Below are positions 20,201-31,500 of a stretch of DNA of 64,000 nucleotides, in pieces. Each line of letters starts with the position of its first letter. Positions within the stretch are counted from its first letter, which is position 1. A program made the translations under genes and the position numbers. Origin of the DNA: a virus. The DNA is taken from IMG/VR virus record IMGVR_UViG_3300009370_000007, positions 32,001 through 96,000 of that record; one strand, written 5' to 3'. The notes under the pieces were generated by a model. It made no database searches. It was not told the origin of the DNA and was given only the letters and a program-made list of their open reading frames with translations.

Positions 20201-22524
20201 CCTTCCCCCCGATTCATAAAATTGCCGAGCTTTCCAAACCAATTAGTTTTACCCGGAGGAGAAAAATCTTGACTGTGACGAAGAGTGTTTCTGTGCAGCT
20301 TATAATGATTTTCAAAAATTCCATCCCGGCCTGTTGACTTAATTCTCCTCATTGCCCAAGAATATGACATTCCTCCATGACCACTCGGCAAAGTTGGATC
20401 AGTATGGGAACTTTTATATTCTAATAATCCCATATTAAGTTTGTTGCCCAAAGTACCACAATAAGAAATATCCAATATATTGCTTGGATATGCAACCACC
20501 GGATCTGTAGATTGCCCATCATATCGTTGAAATAAAATAAAAGGAATATAAGGAAGTGGATCTGCAAGATGAACAACTCCTGTTGGGCTGCTTCCTTCAC
20601 TTCCCCAATCGGATCTTCCTCCTTCTGCTCCAACATCTGTTGCATCCGTTCCTACTGTGACAATTCCTGTTTGGTGAATAAGTCCAGAAAACTGCGGATC
20701 AATACCACCAACTTGCCCCGTGGCAAACTGTAAATTTTTCCATGAGTTTGGATGGGCAGGAAGCCCATATGGCACGTCGGCTTTTTTTGCTCGAATAGAT
20801 GCAATTTCATAATGAGTTCCGCCAGCTTCACCACCGGCATCAGCATTAAATTGAAACCTAACTCCTGCAATTTTTGCAGGTTGAATTGTTCCTCCATAAC
20901 CATTAGTAGCCGGAAGCCGTTCTCTCGCTGAAAGATATGGAAATCCATAAAGATCCGATCCATTAAGGGCACTATCATCCTTGCTATTCCAGTTCACTCC
21001 ATTAGGAGTATAAACTGCATACTCAGGCAATGTCCAATTACTAATTTCTTTTTTTGATCCAATATAAGAACTGGAAGTAGAAGACACATCAACTTCATTC
21101 GTTTTGATTAATTTATCAATTTCAGTAATGGTAATAGCTGCGCCTCCCTGAGTGTTATAACTTAAAGCTGGAGTATATCCGTAAAGGTATGTTGGTTCTC
21201 CAGCGTTCGCAACATCTACTGGGCTTTGCGTAAACACTATTCGATTAGAATTTGTAAGGGGATATTCTTCAACAAAAGCTGCTGTTACCGTGTCAACTAT
21301 ATTTGAATTTTTATAATGAAGTTCAAACGTATCTCCTACGTTGATTCCCGATATATCAGTTTCTCCTTTATCTCCATTTAAAATATAATAAATTAAGTCT
21401 GAATTAGTACCTTGCCATGACCAATATGCATCACGAACTTTAAATACTTTATCAGTCAGACTTGATGATGGCACACCACCACCATATGCAGGATCTATTC
21501 TAAAATCCCATTCAAGAGTTTTCCATTCCCCGGGTGTTCCGGCTTGATCTCTTTCCTTTATAGAAAGATGTTCATTAAGAGTATATGTACTATTTTTATT
21601 AAAGTGAGGAACAGATATGCTAGAATCCAAACGAGAATCATAATTATGTGGTTCAGACTGAAATGACCTACTTCGATTTACAACTACTGTATCAGAATTT
21701 AAAAGTTCTGCATACGTTATGCTCGGCGTTACATCTGGAACGGCAGCATTAGGTATAAAAGTATCATAATAATTCATAAACCCAATATCATCTGTTCCAA
21801 CTGGAGGAAATGCCCAATTACAAGCAAGATAAATGAATCCCCCGGCAGTACGAGTAATTCTACTTCGATATATTATTTTTTCGCCGGATTTATCATACCC
21901 CTTTGGTATAGTCAAAATAAGATCAACAACATCCCCCCGATACCACCAATCATCCACATCATCTGAGTAGGGCCAGGTTGCAAGTGTGGTACTAAGATCA
22001 GTTCCACTAAATTTTAATTCAATTTCCTCTGATTGAAGTCCTTGAATTCTATAATAAGTATATTCTCCAGGCGTTGGTTCAAAGTGTCCCAATTTTGAAT
22101 TCATGTAAGAATGACGAACAACCGACACACTCATTTCACTCGTTGCCGGTTGACCGTATCTAATATTTCTCACATTCATTTCAAGAATTGGATAAGTATT
22201 TCCATCTGCTTCAAATGTATGTATTGTATCTCCAGTCCTTTCAGTAGGCCACTCAGGACTATAAAGAAATGCGCCATCTCCAGTTTGCTTGAAGATCAGA
22301 CTTCCGCCACCATTATAAACTGGGTTATTAGGATTGTCCCATTCTATGGTTGCATTCTCGGCAGTCCAACCTGTAGTTGCCTCCATCTCTGCAAAATCTT
22401 TACTGGCAGTTTCGTCAAAGGCCCCAGGGATGGACACAGCTCTCACATTGGAACCGGGTTTTGAAATCCACAGCCCATGATCTCCGGCATCATTTCTTCC
22501 TAGTATTACTCTATCAGTAGACAT
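17272..22524 (-). CDS. fibre-associated paralogue 1 (1750 aa)
   Basis: RVILG, GLWISKPGSNV, LQFAT, PFILFQR and YRYYVLR blocks separated by very long insertions; directly follows the giant fibre. Confidence 0.7.
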   Translation of the reverse strand: MSTDRVILGRNDAGDHGLWISKPGSNVRAVSIPGAFDETASKDFAEMEATTGWTAENATIEWDNPNNPVYNGGGSLIFKQTGDGAFLYSPEWPTERTGDTIHTFEADGNTYPILEMNVRNIRYGQPATSEMSVSVVRHSYMNSKLGHFEPTPGEYTYYRIQGLQSEEIELKFSGTDLSTTLATWPYSDDVDDWWYRGDVVDLILTIPKGYDKSGEKIIYRSRITRTAGGFIYLACNWAFPPVGTDDIGFMNYYDTFIPNAAVPDVTPSITYAELLNSDTVVVNRSRSFQSEPHNYDSRLDSSISVPHFNKNSTYTLNEHLSIKERDQAGTPGEWKTLEWDFRIDPAYGGGVPSSSLTDKVFKVRDAYWSWQGTNSDLIYYILNGDKGETDISGINVGDTFELHYKNSNIVDTVTAAFVEEYPLTNSNRIVFTQSPVDVANAGEPTYLYGYTPALSYNTQGGAAITITEIDKLIKTNEVDVSSTSSSYIGSKKEISNWTLPEYAVYTPNGVNWNSKDDSALNGSDLYGFPYLSARERLPATNGYGGTIQPAKIAGVRFQFNADAGGEAGGTHYEIASIRAKKADVPYGLPAHPNSWKNLQFATGQVGGIDPQFSGLIHQTGIVTVGTDATDVGAEGGRSDWGSEGSSPTGVVHLADPLPYIPFILFQRYDGQSTDPVVAYPSNILDISYCGTLGNKLNMGLLEYKSSHTDPTLPSGHGGMSYSWAMRRIKSTGRDGIFENHYKLHRNTLRHSQDFSPPGKTNWFGKLGNFMNRGEGADYPDHKAQRETSPSESWHPGYDAWWSDVQYQNDIAGRNLALSNWDGTGRPPKVSGIWTRLNSPVVGRNNFKDIYEHPCAVSFPSGALETPTCWDYDTEYDGRYPSGSHATPYNKLYTYGAGAWGALSAGAMPSDTSGVTAEYFADVFRSRWFGPNAVGMPPPYGYSGIDPDEVLADAPWSSSTHFSPIDPRPGTVHEGLNQASQFGLMPQGGRHISSSVTAYGHRYESHPMSPWGETDLSETGHQALTQNFSFMSPMFWGQQRSWRPGYPIGGSSVHSGSESQYNNPIGEPLPDYDNPFLRGDNINGDRGNRNPSENIWGDEGSRGIYRDGWPQVPTGATVNHPMGFPIDGTNGVFFAALQAELEALGYDYGSVDENGRPIYPPQSVSSRQNHFYTGIEYGPTMGHGKWGDSNYLGGRMVSPMGFVAGEKPNEGPRFFSLWGDLHYVSKTDTMGEDNSGVGDQTTQEGYPNLAQINVSPGAVYKWMIIETLKMRTFAYVRAGSDKFEITARGALGREGYEEQSHGTWTRPTYRKFAAGDPNAAPGKSPKPSSLEIMWDQKDHTANGVLPPSIYTAEHISDWGWYGTNFFKNLSGTVVAPGRRTEGDQRHEMLPGFSYGGTAGFYQNSKPPWDWGGAQTWPVEPMNSESIHVARQRDPNESIITRLEFIDGVETPVYTSRDTQYLAEVFTDWRGPETGDGSPQAQLDSSIAEAFGTMGTMQNVNVPAVGALKSGWKPYSSRMTRYGKVSWGRDDMLYGRNARLHQNNADICPKGGGRYNDENNNWYAEGDGDNTVGNTAKFWGWGDPRQILVEDNSSNEPLMPNGISDPWGENYYFFNEAEYRVATPELGVGTGYGCHVQFWPPGGMVNMAYEPTLKGVSPAGGYSSMVRWVQGNDEEQEYPGRATEGIFHPRGVSQYEENYFSGDDDNVDGTEVWKQNQSYDLVNNNESTGKCRYRYYVLRIPANLDAMGGIDV

Positions 22525-22543
22525 ACACTATATATTCCTATAA

Positions 22544-25500
22544 TTAATCTGAAACTATGATACGAGAATTTTCACCATCGAGCGTCATTTTACCACTAGT
22601 TCCTATTCCATATTTAGATTTGAAATCTCCGAGCGTAATACTGCCTGCATTAATTTCATCAACATCCAGGGTTCCGACTGCCCTTGCGAGTTTCGGTCCT
22701 GCAAGGAAGTAATGGGCTCCTTGAGCGTTCGGGGAGATGTTGTCACCAACAGTTCCCCAGGTTCCTACTCTGGCACCAAGAGAAAATTCAACACCCACAG
22801 TCATATATGAAATTTCTGGTCTGACTGTTTGTGGAATTTGGTCTGGACTAATAATTCCACGATCTCGAATCGACCAAACTCTATTGATTTCATGCCCAGA
22901 CCTTCCATATTCTACTGCTGCCCCGTTTCCTGTAAAGTTAATTTCTCTCCATCCATACTTATATCTTCCAAAATTTTTGGTTAATGGATCTGCGTCTGTT
23001 GTTCCTGCTGAATAAACACTACCAGACACATGAGAAAGTCCGGCCGAGGGCTGATGGAATGGTTCTGTCCAGGGCCCTACAATCTTTCCACATCGGGTTC
23101 CATCGGCAGCAAAGAATTCTGCACAGGCTCTAATGATGTTGTTTGCCTTGCCTGTACGATTCGTTCCTGCCCCATCTTGTAGAGCGCCGTACCTATCCGT
23201 ATCAGTATCCCAATGATCTGGGCCCCAGATGTTTTTATCGTCGGGCCCGGGATCGACGGATCTATACCCGGGGTGATTATATCTATCAGTATTTCCGGCC
23301 TGCGGGGGTTTTGGTGTGCCATCATGGTATAAAGTTCCATGATCCTGAGAATCAAGTTTTCTTGCCCATATTGAGAAAGAGAAAACTGTATTTGCCGGGG
23401 AGACAAGTCTTCGATTTGCCGGGTTGGTCACATCAGTTCCTACATTGGATGTAGGACCAATTGTATATCGCATTTCGTTCCGGCCGGAACCGCCGACAAC
23501 GTATCCCTCCCCCATTAATTTGACTGGATTTTGTGCTTGACCATGAGTACCAAACATTACCTTGTTGTGAGAGATCGCGACTCGCGCCCTGTCGGCCTCC
23601 CAATCAGATTGAGAACCAGTTTCCCAATCAGATTCATACCACCATCCTACGCTTCCTCCATTACTATGGTAGCCAGGGGGAAGCCATACAGACATGAACA
23701 TCTTACTGTTATCTGCACTCAGGGTTACTGTTCCCCCGTCTGATGAATATGCATCAGGGTGTGTAATGTGATCTGCCCCATCCTGATAGTCAATAAGACT
23801 CCAATGCGTTCCTGCACCACCATTGAGTCTGTTAACCTCTGCAACTGTCCAATGTAGATTTGCAGTAATAATATTGCCCGCGGCCGGGTTGAGGTACCCA
23901 CTAATATCAGGATGACTATAATCAAATGTAACATTTGCTGTACACTGGCCATCATTATGACCATTTGCCCATCTATCATAGGCACAATGCGCCCGAATCT
24001 GTTCTTCAATTCCATATCCAATTGATTCTGTGAGTCCACTATCTACTCCTGTGACTCGATGAACTCCGGGGGATGGATACTGTAGATAACCATGAATAAA
24101 ATCTGGATCAAAGATTAGATTGTTATATCCACCGAGAACTTCAAGGTGTCCTGTGAGGATGGCACCCGATCCAATAGATTGACTCGTTAATGTTCCTGCA
24201 TTAATCTTTTCTCCACTAAGACCCTCAATCATTGTGTCGGTAATCTGTACATCACCAGTATCCGCAATCATATCTGCAATTTCGCTGCCGGTGCCGCCTA
24301 GTGCTTCAATAACGGACGCATAATTTACTGAAACATCACCAATCAATGAATTATCAGTTTCAGGTCTTCCGGCAAAGTCGCCAGCATAGGAGTCCCGTCC
24401 TGCTGATCCACGCCAAATTTCAACTTCATGAATACTTGGTATTGTTCTAGAATCTGATGTATCGCTAGCAATATGCCAATGCTGTGGGGCCCCGCCATCG
24501 CTATCTTGGATTCCGTCAGTCTCGGCGGCACTAGTCCACCATGTATTACCCACAAAGATCCTCAATGTTCCAACAAATTGACCGACAGGATCTATGGTTG
24601 GAAGAGAAATTCCTTCTGGATTTCTTCCGGCATATTTTGCATTTGTTGGATCTTGTTGTTCTATGGTTGGAAAAAATACTGCATCAGGTCCTGTATTTGC
24701 AAGAAGCAACGGTCGAGAGTTTGCCCATGATTTTGGATCTTCAACAGAACTTACTGTAGGATAATCAGTATCAAGACCAGTAAAGACTCCTGCAACATTT
24801 GTCCAAGTTGCTCCGGGGGAATCTGCCTTTGCTATGATTGCATATTGATATTTTGTTACTCCGTCTCGTATTCCCGTAGTAAAATCAGTAATATTCTGCC
24901 CCCAATAGATATGTATTGAAGTTGCCCAAAGATGATTATTATAATCTTCCTCATTATTAACAAATGTTGGATGTTGATTTGCTCGAAATTCAATCCAGCT
25001 ATCTTCGCCATCTTTACCGTGACGAGCACCCCGGGTCCAATGGGGTTGATGAAGATATTTGTCACCATCTGCTAATCTATCTAATATTGTTGCAGTCGTT
25101 TCATCCTCATAAACAATTCCACCACCAGCACCACCCGACGAAGATAACTCTCTGGCCCAGTTACTACTTACCCCCGGTTGATCGACATCCGTAATAATAA
25201 CATCAGAACTGTTTCGTATGGTTCTTGGAGAGGCAGGCGCGAGGGACCAAATATCAATAACATCAAAGTCGGGATCTTTAGAAACTCTTGCGTCTCCAAT
25301 AACTAATATTTCTTTATCGTTCGGATAAATGTAATGCCAATCCCCTTCACCATCATCATATCTCCATGTAGACCACCCACCAGAACTATTTGCTCGACGA
25401 GCCGTGGGCTGGGCAAATGCAAAATGTCTTGATTCTCCCCCGGTGGCGGGTGAAAAAACTCCTGCCGTTCCAGATATGGCATTAGTCTGATAAAGAATGT

Positions 25501-28500
25501 ATCCATCATCCTTTGTTCCAGTTATTCCAACCTTTATTGGACCATGCTTCGCTTCGGTAAGTTTGTGAACTGTAAGGTCGTCGCCAAATTCATCAGTAGT
25601 CTCTTCTCTTGTTTGAATAAATCCATTTACTGGGGCAGCCTGGGCGTCTTGATTATATCCATGTAGATATGCATATTGGTCATTCACTTGGCTAAAGCCG
25701 GGCCCACGTTTGTTCCTAACTGAAAGGTACAAATGCCGACCATCAGTTGCGCCGGGTTGAAATGGTTTCATCCTATCAATAGTATCACCATCTTCATATA
25801 CAAACCCACCAAGATCAAGATCCTGATCTCCGGGGTGAGTAATAAAGAGCCCCTGAATTTCTGGGACTGTCAATACTCGATCATAGTATCTTGCCTCGTC
25901 AAAGTTTGCTACCATCTCTTTAGATGTACCAAAGCCTGATGCAATTCCTCCAAGGTGAACATTAACCGATGGAGCAGGCTGGCTAACTGTTATAGTAGTA
26001 TTGGTATTTGCATATACAAGACCATCATCAACATTATAGATAAAGAATGATTGTTTTGATTTATTGAAATCCCAGGTTGTAACAACAAAATTCCAGGTAT
26101 TCTGTTTTATGGCACCTGTTCCGGTAAATGTTCCTCGCTGGCCAGGGCTCGTTCCAAATCCAATATAATGTTCTGGTCCTCCTCCCGCTTCCCAAAACAT
26201 TGCATTAGAATAATGACCGTTTGCGCGTCTATCATTAGAAGAATATTCAACCCAAAGGTCTTTTTGCTCTAGTGTGGCATAAGAACGACCTGTTTTATTA
26301 GCATTTCCAAATCTACCATAGTTAGTGTACCCAGCATCCCAAATTGCCGACTCAGTAGCTATATCATCATAGGCAATTGGTTTGAACCATACTGCAAGGG
26401 TTCGTTCTTTGGTGTCCTGTCCCCACAAGGGTTCATCCTCATCAATTAAGTCAACAATTACTCCGGCACCATCAGTTGAACTATTAATTTCGGCATTTGA
26501 AGTAAATGAATGTCCTATGATGGCATCGGTACTCCTATGGAGTTTATTGACCACATTGGCATACCCGTTTTGGTTCGTCCCCGTCACACGAACAAGTGCC
26601 GGTCCCATATCTCCTGCATAGTCATGGAAGACGTTTGCCACCAATCCCTTCGTTCCATTATAAACCTTTGTGGTGCCACCGAATGCCGGGCCACCTCGTT
26701 TCAATGCACCTTCTTTGAATGCTCCATCAAACTTCCAATGCCCCCGAAGACCGTCTGAATCTGGAGCAGCAGGAGGTTGAATTGTTCCAACCAAATACCA
26801 ACCAGATTTTGCATCGGAACTTGTATTTGCAAACATATAAATTGAATTTGAAGTTCTATTTGTTGAATTTGCCTGATATACAAATTCAAGATTGAGATCC
26901 GTATTCAGCCAGCGATCTCCATCGGGCGCAGGATTGGCAATTCCCGACTGTGTTTTTGTTGGATCAGGGCCCCAAGGATTCCAATTTCCTCCACGTTCAT
27001 GCGACATTCCTTCATAGATCCGTACTGCGCCATCAGAAAGTCCACGATTCCAATTGATCGACGGACCTTCGTCGGGAGCCATGAAGAAAGTTGGTTCTAG
27101 TGCCGAAGCCCCAGCATACGAAGTATCGCCTGCGACTTGTTCTAATTGGAGTCCTGCAAAATGCCAATTTGTTATAGCACCGGGAGTTGCTGAAAGATGT
27201 TGACGAATATCAAGTCTTGGAATAATCCGAGTAAATGTATTTGCATATAAATTGTGCGAACCTGTATCATTGGTATATTCATCAATGTCTCCGCTAAGAT
27301 CAAATAACCAAGATAGACGTTTCCATTCGTTAACTGCATCGGGGCCCTGCCGTAATTGACTGAGGGAAACATCAGAATATTCCAGCCCCCAAACATAACC
27401 ACCATGAAAGGCATCCAAAGAACCATCTATGGTTGATGAATTTGCCCCAGTAAATGTGGCTCGAACACCATGACCGACTTGAGGAAGAACATCTGTTTTA
27501 ACATAGGCAGAGAATAACCACTTACTTGCCTTTGGAATATTGATAGCAAAGTCGGAACCGAAACGCTTTCTGGAGTCTGTGCCCTGAAGCATTGGATTTG
27601 TTGTGTTTGCAAATGATAATGCAACACCATAATTTGGCGAGGCATTAGCAGTCACTACTACCTTTAATGTCCTTCCTCCAACGGGAGATTCTTGAGTATC
27701 ATCGAAACCAACTGAGGTCACAATACTCGAAACTTCTGTGCCCGAATCGGGGACGAGTTCAAGTGCTTGATGAGTAATCGGATAGGGTCGTTGAATTGCT
27801 GTTGCAGGAGCATGGGTTAGTGCGCCAACAATACTATAATCATCATCGCGAGAATCAAATAACGAATATCCCCGTGGCATATAATTCTTGTTGCTGCCCA
27901 AAGAAGCCAAATAATTTGTTAGAAAGAATTTACCGAATGCTCCAAGGGGGGCATAACCGGGGGTACTGCCTGCGCCAATATCATATGTATAGGTATTTGG
28001 ATTAGCCCAATACCCATCCGGCCCGGGAGGAATTGTGGCACTAGTATTCTGCCACCGCGAAATGCTCCAACTATTTACTGTTGGATACCTTCCCGTATCT
28101 ACCCAAATATCACCATTGGCTACATTTGGATATGGATTAGTAGGCTGAATAAATGCTACAATTTCGTTGTCATCTAAAATTTCAACCTGTTTAAGTCTCT
28201 CTATTAATCCTCCAGAATGATCTTCACCACTACCAAGAGGTCCAAGGAGACTGTCAAGACCATCTCCGGTAGTCAATGCAGCAGTCACACTCTGAAGAGA
28301 TGTTTGGGCAGTTTCAAGTCTTCCTGCATTTCCAGAAAGATTTCGCTCGATCTCAAGAACAGTCTGATCTCTTATTTCATACCAACCAGAATGTCCCTTT
28401 GTGGACTTGGGGAATTTTTGACCAACAGCAAGATCAGCACCAGGAAACGGATTCGTCGCAGACACATAATAAAATGCTTCACAACCAAGATTCGCCGTAC

Positions 28501-31500
28501 CTGTATCATTGGACACTGCCCAGACGGCACTATCATTTGCATGGTATCGGAATACCGCAAAATTATTTGCAGTATCACACCAAAAATCTCCATGAGGATC
28601 TGCAACAACTCGACCGTTTTGATCGTAACGAGGATCAGGTCCAAAATAATTCGGATCAGTTCCCCGATGATCGGCCAAGTGGGAAATCATTGCTCTATCT
28701 GTGAGGCCCCGGCTCCAGCTCATTCCCGGTCCTTCGTCCGAAGTAATGTAGGCGCTCGGCAATAGGGCTTCAACATCTGGATGAATTTCTTCTAATTGAA
28801 ATGCATCAAAATTTATATGGGATGCAATATGATCTATTTGAATCCCCGGAATAAGATGAGTTACATTCGCATTATGGCTCTTTGTCAAATCAATAATACA
28901 TGAATATCGGTGAAATGTCACTCCATCGGTTGAAGCTGGAAGGTCAACAGCAGAAACGCTATTTGCAAAAATATGAGAAGCCGATCCCACGTTTGAAGTA
29001 TACCAAGAGAATTTCAATCCATCTGTTATTGCTGTGTCTGATTTAACATATGCAGAATAAATCCATTTTCTTCCCTTTGGTACAAGAATTCCATATTTCC
29101 TAAAGGTTGCAATATCTGGGGTTGCAACTGGTTCAGCCGCTCTGGTACTTCTGGTATTTGCAAATAGAATTTGCATATAACTAGAAGTAGTGCCAGCTAT
29201 TGTCATCTTCAAACTGTTTTCGCCAATATGTCCTACTGTATCGTCAATTGTAACAGTAGTCGAGTATTGGGGAATACCAATGGCATATGGCGTATTTGAT
29301 GCCTTGCTAGTCTCTGTTATTAAATAATCATAATGCTGCTCATCAAACAAAGAGATTGGGCGAGGGAAGTAGTTCTTGGATCGGTTGGTTGCCTCTAGGT
29401 ATGCCTGTAGATAGAATGAACCCAGGCCAGAAATCTCATAGTCAGGCGGGCCTTCCCATCTAACCTTTTTTGTCCCTGGAGGAAATCCTGTGTCTGGATT
29501 AGTTGGATCGTAAGTAGTTTCTGAATAATTATTAACAAATGTTGACACGCTCCATGTATTCACACGATCAAAATCATCCAAAACAGAGGTATTAATCCAA
29601 ACATCATTATTGCCCAATGGAGTAGGTTCAGTCGGTTGAATGAATGTTTTAATATCTCGATCTGCCTTGGCTGCTGCATCAGCAGCATCTTGAATTCCTT
29701 TAAGTGCATCGGATACTGCCGAATAGGCTGTTGCATTAACAACATAAATTGATGCATCACGCATCTCATACCAACCCGATTTTGGATTGCTTTCGGCAAG
29801 TTTATTATTTGGATAACGGAATACATAGGGAGTGAGATTTGCCGTTCCAGTTCCTTGATATGTTCCAACAGCATTTTGATAATATCGGAAAAGCTGATTA
29901 TTATTTGAACCGGGTTCTGTATTAAGCCACATATCTCCATGAGGACGTTGATTCGGCTGACCCGTAGGAGTGGTTTCTGGAAGTGGTCCGTATCCTCTCC
30001 ACTTTGCACTAGAAGGATAAGTCGCGACTTGGATTTGAGCCGCTGAATTTGCAAAGAAGGTAACAACCTTACCAGAAGTTTCACTATAACTTTGTAGATA
30101 CATCAATCCAATTGCATTGTTCGGGGCTCGATGCCACGTTAATGTGTTGCCGCCTCCGTCTTCATGGTCAGTTGGGATCATCCCCTCCGAGTCGTGCGCT
30201 CCAGAGTTTGCAACAAAGATTGCACCGAGATTTGCTGTTCCATTTGGATTAACAGTTTTATTTTGATGAATCCAGACATCACCATTTCCTGTTGGCTTAA
30301 AATCATCAACATCTGCATTATGATTTTCAAAGAATGCAATGATTTCTCGATCTGCTGCTGCCTGGGCGGCGCTAGCAAGAATTTCTGCCGTATAAACTTT
30401 TTTATCACGAATATCATACCAACCGGAATTGCTGGAGGCTGTTGGAGTTTCTCCTGGTCCATGAATTGCAGCATAGGTATGAGCATGAACTCCTGTTCCT
30501 TGATATACTGCACTACTGTTTGCAAAGTATCGGAACATCATATTGTTGTTTGCACCGGCCTCAGTATTAATCCAGAAATCTCCATGTGGCTCTGGATTTG
30601 GATACCCCGAAGGAGTTATTTCTGGATTTGGACCCATAGGCCCTGGTGCTTCATTCCCATAGAATGCAACAAGTTTTCCGTCTGTAATCCTTCTTCCAAA
30701 GATGACTGCTACACCATCGGAAGGCTCTTTAAATTCAGATGCAGTTCTATTATCCCCAACCGCTTCTTCCAATTGGAATGCATCAAGATTTACAATATTG
30801 GCTGTTCGTTTTATTTGAATCCCTGGAATAATATGAGTAGAATTTGCGCTATCGCCACTCGTTAAATCAATAACACATTCATATCGAGTAAAAACTGTTT
30901 CATTATCCTGTTCTATAAGATCGAAAGCAGAGGAAGTAGCCGGGTATCCAGATGCGTCATACTCACCATTTAAGCCCAAAATATGAGAAGCCGAACCTAC
31001 ATTTGAGGTATACCAAGAAAATTTTAATCCACTTGCCAGGGCTTCATTCGATTTAACATAGGCAGAATAAATCCATTTTTTCCCCTTTGGAATAGGAATA
31101 CCATATTCTCTAAAGGTTGCAATATCTGGAGTTGCTCTAGCCAAAACATCACTTTCAGTATTTGCAAACAAAATTTGTAACATAGTACCGGAAGAACCAA
31201 CAGTTGTTAATTTTAGACTGTTTTCTCCAATATGTCCTACTGTATCATCAAGAGTAACTGAACCATAGGCATCGTTAAATGTACCAATGACATATGGTAT
31301 GTCTGATGCCTGTGAATCCTCTGTTATTAAATAGTCATAAGTCGGTGCATCAAATAACGAAAGTCCACGCGGCATAATATTTGTCCCACGATTAAATTTG
31401 CCCAGGACCCCAGCCGCGTAACTTTCGAGATACATTCTTCCGATGGCACTATCTGGAGCAGTATTCCAATAAAGTATTTGTCCATCGCGGGTGACGCCAG

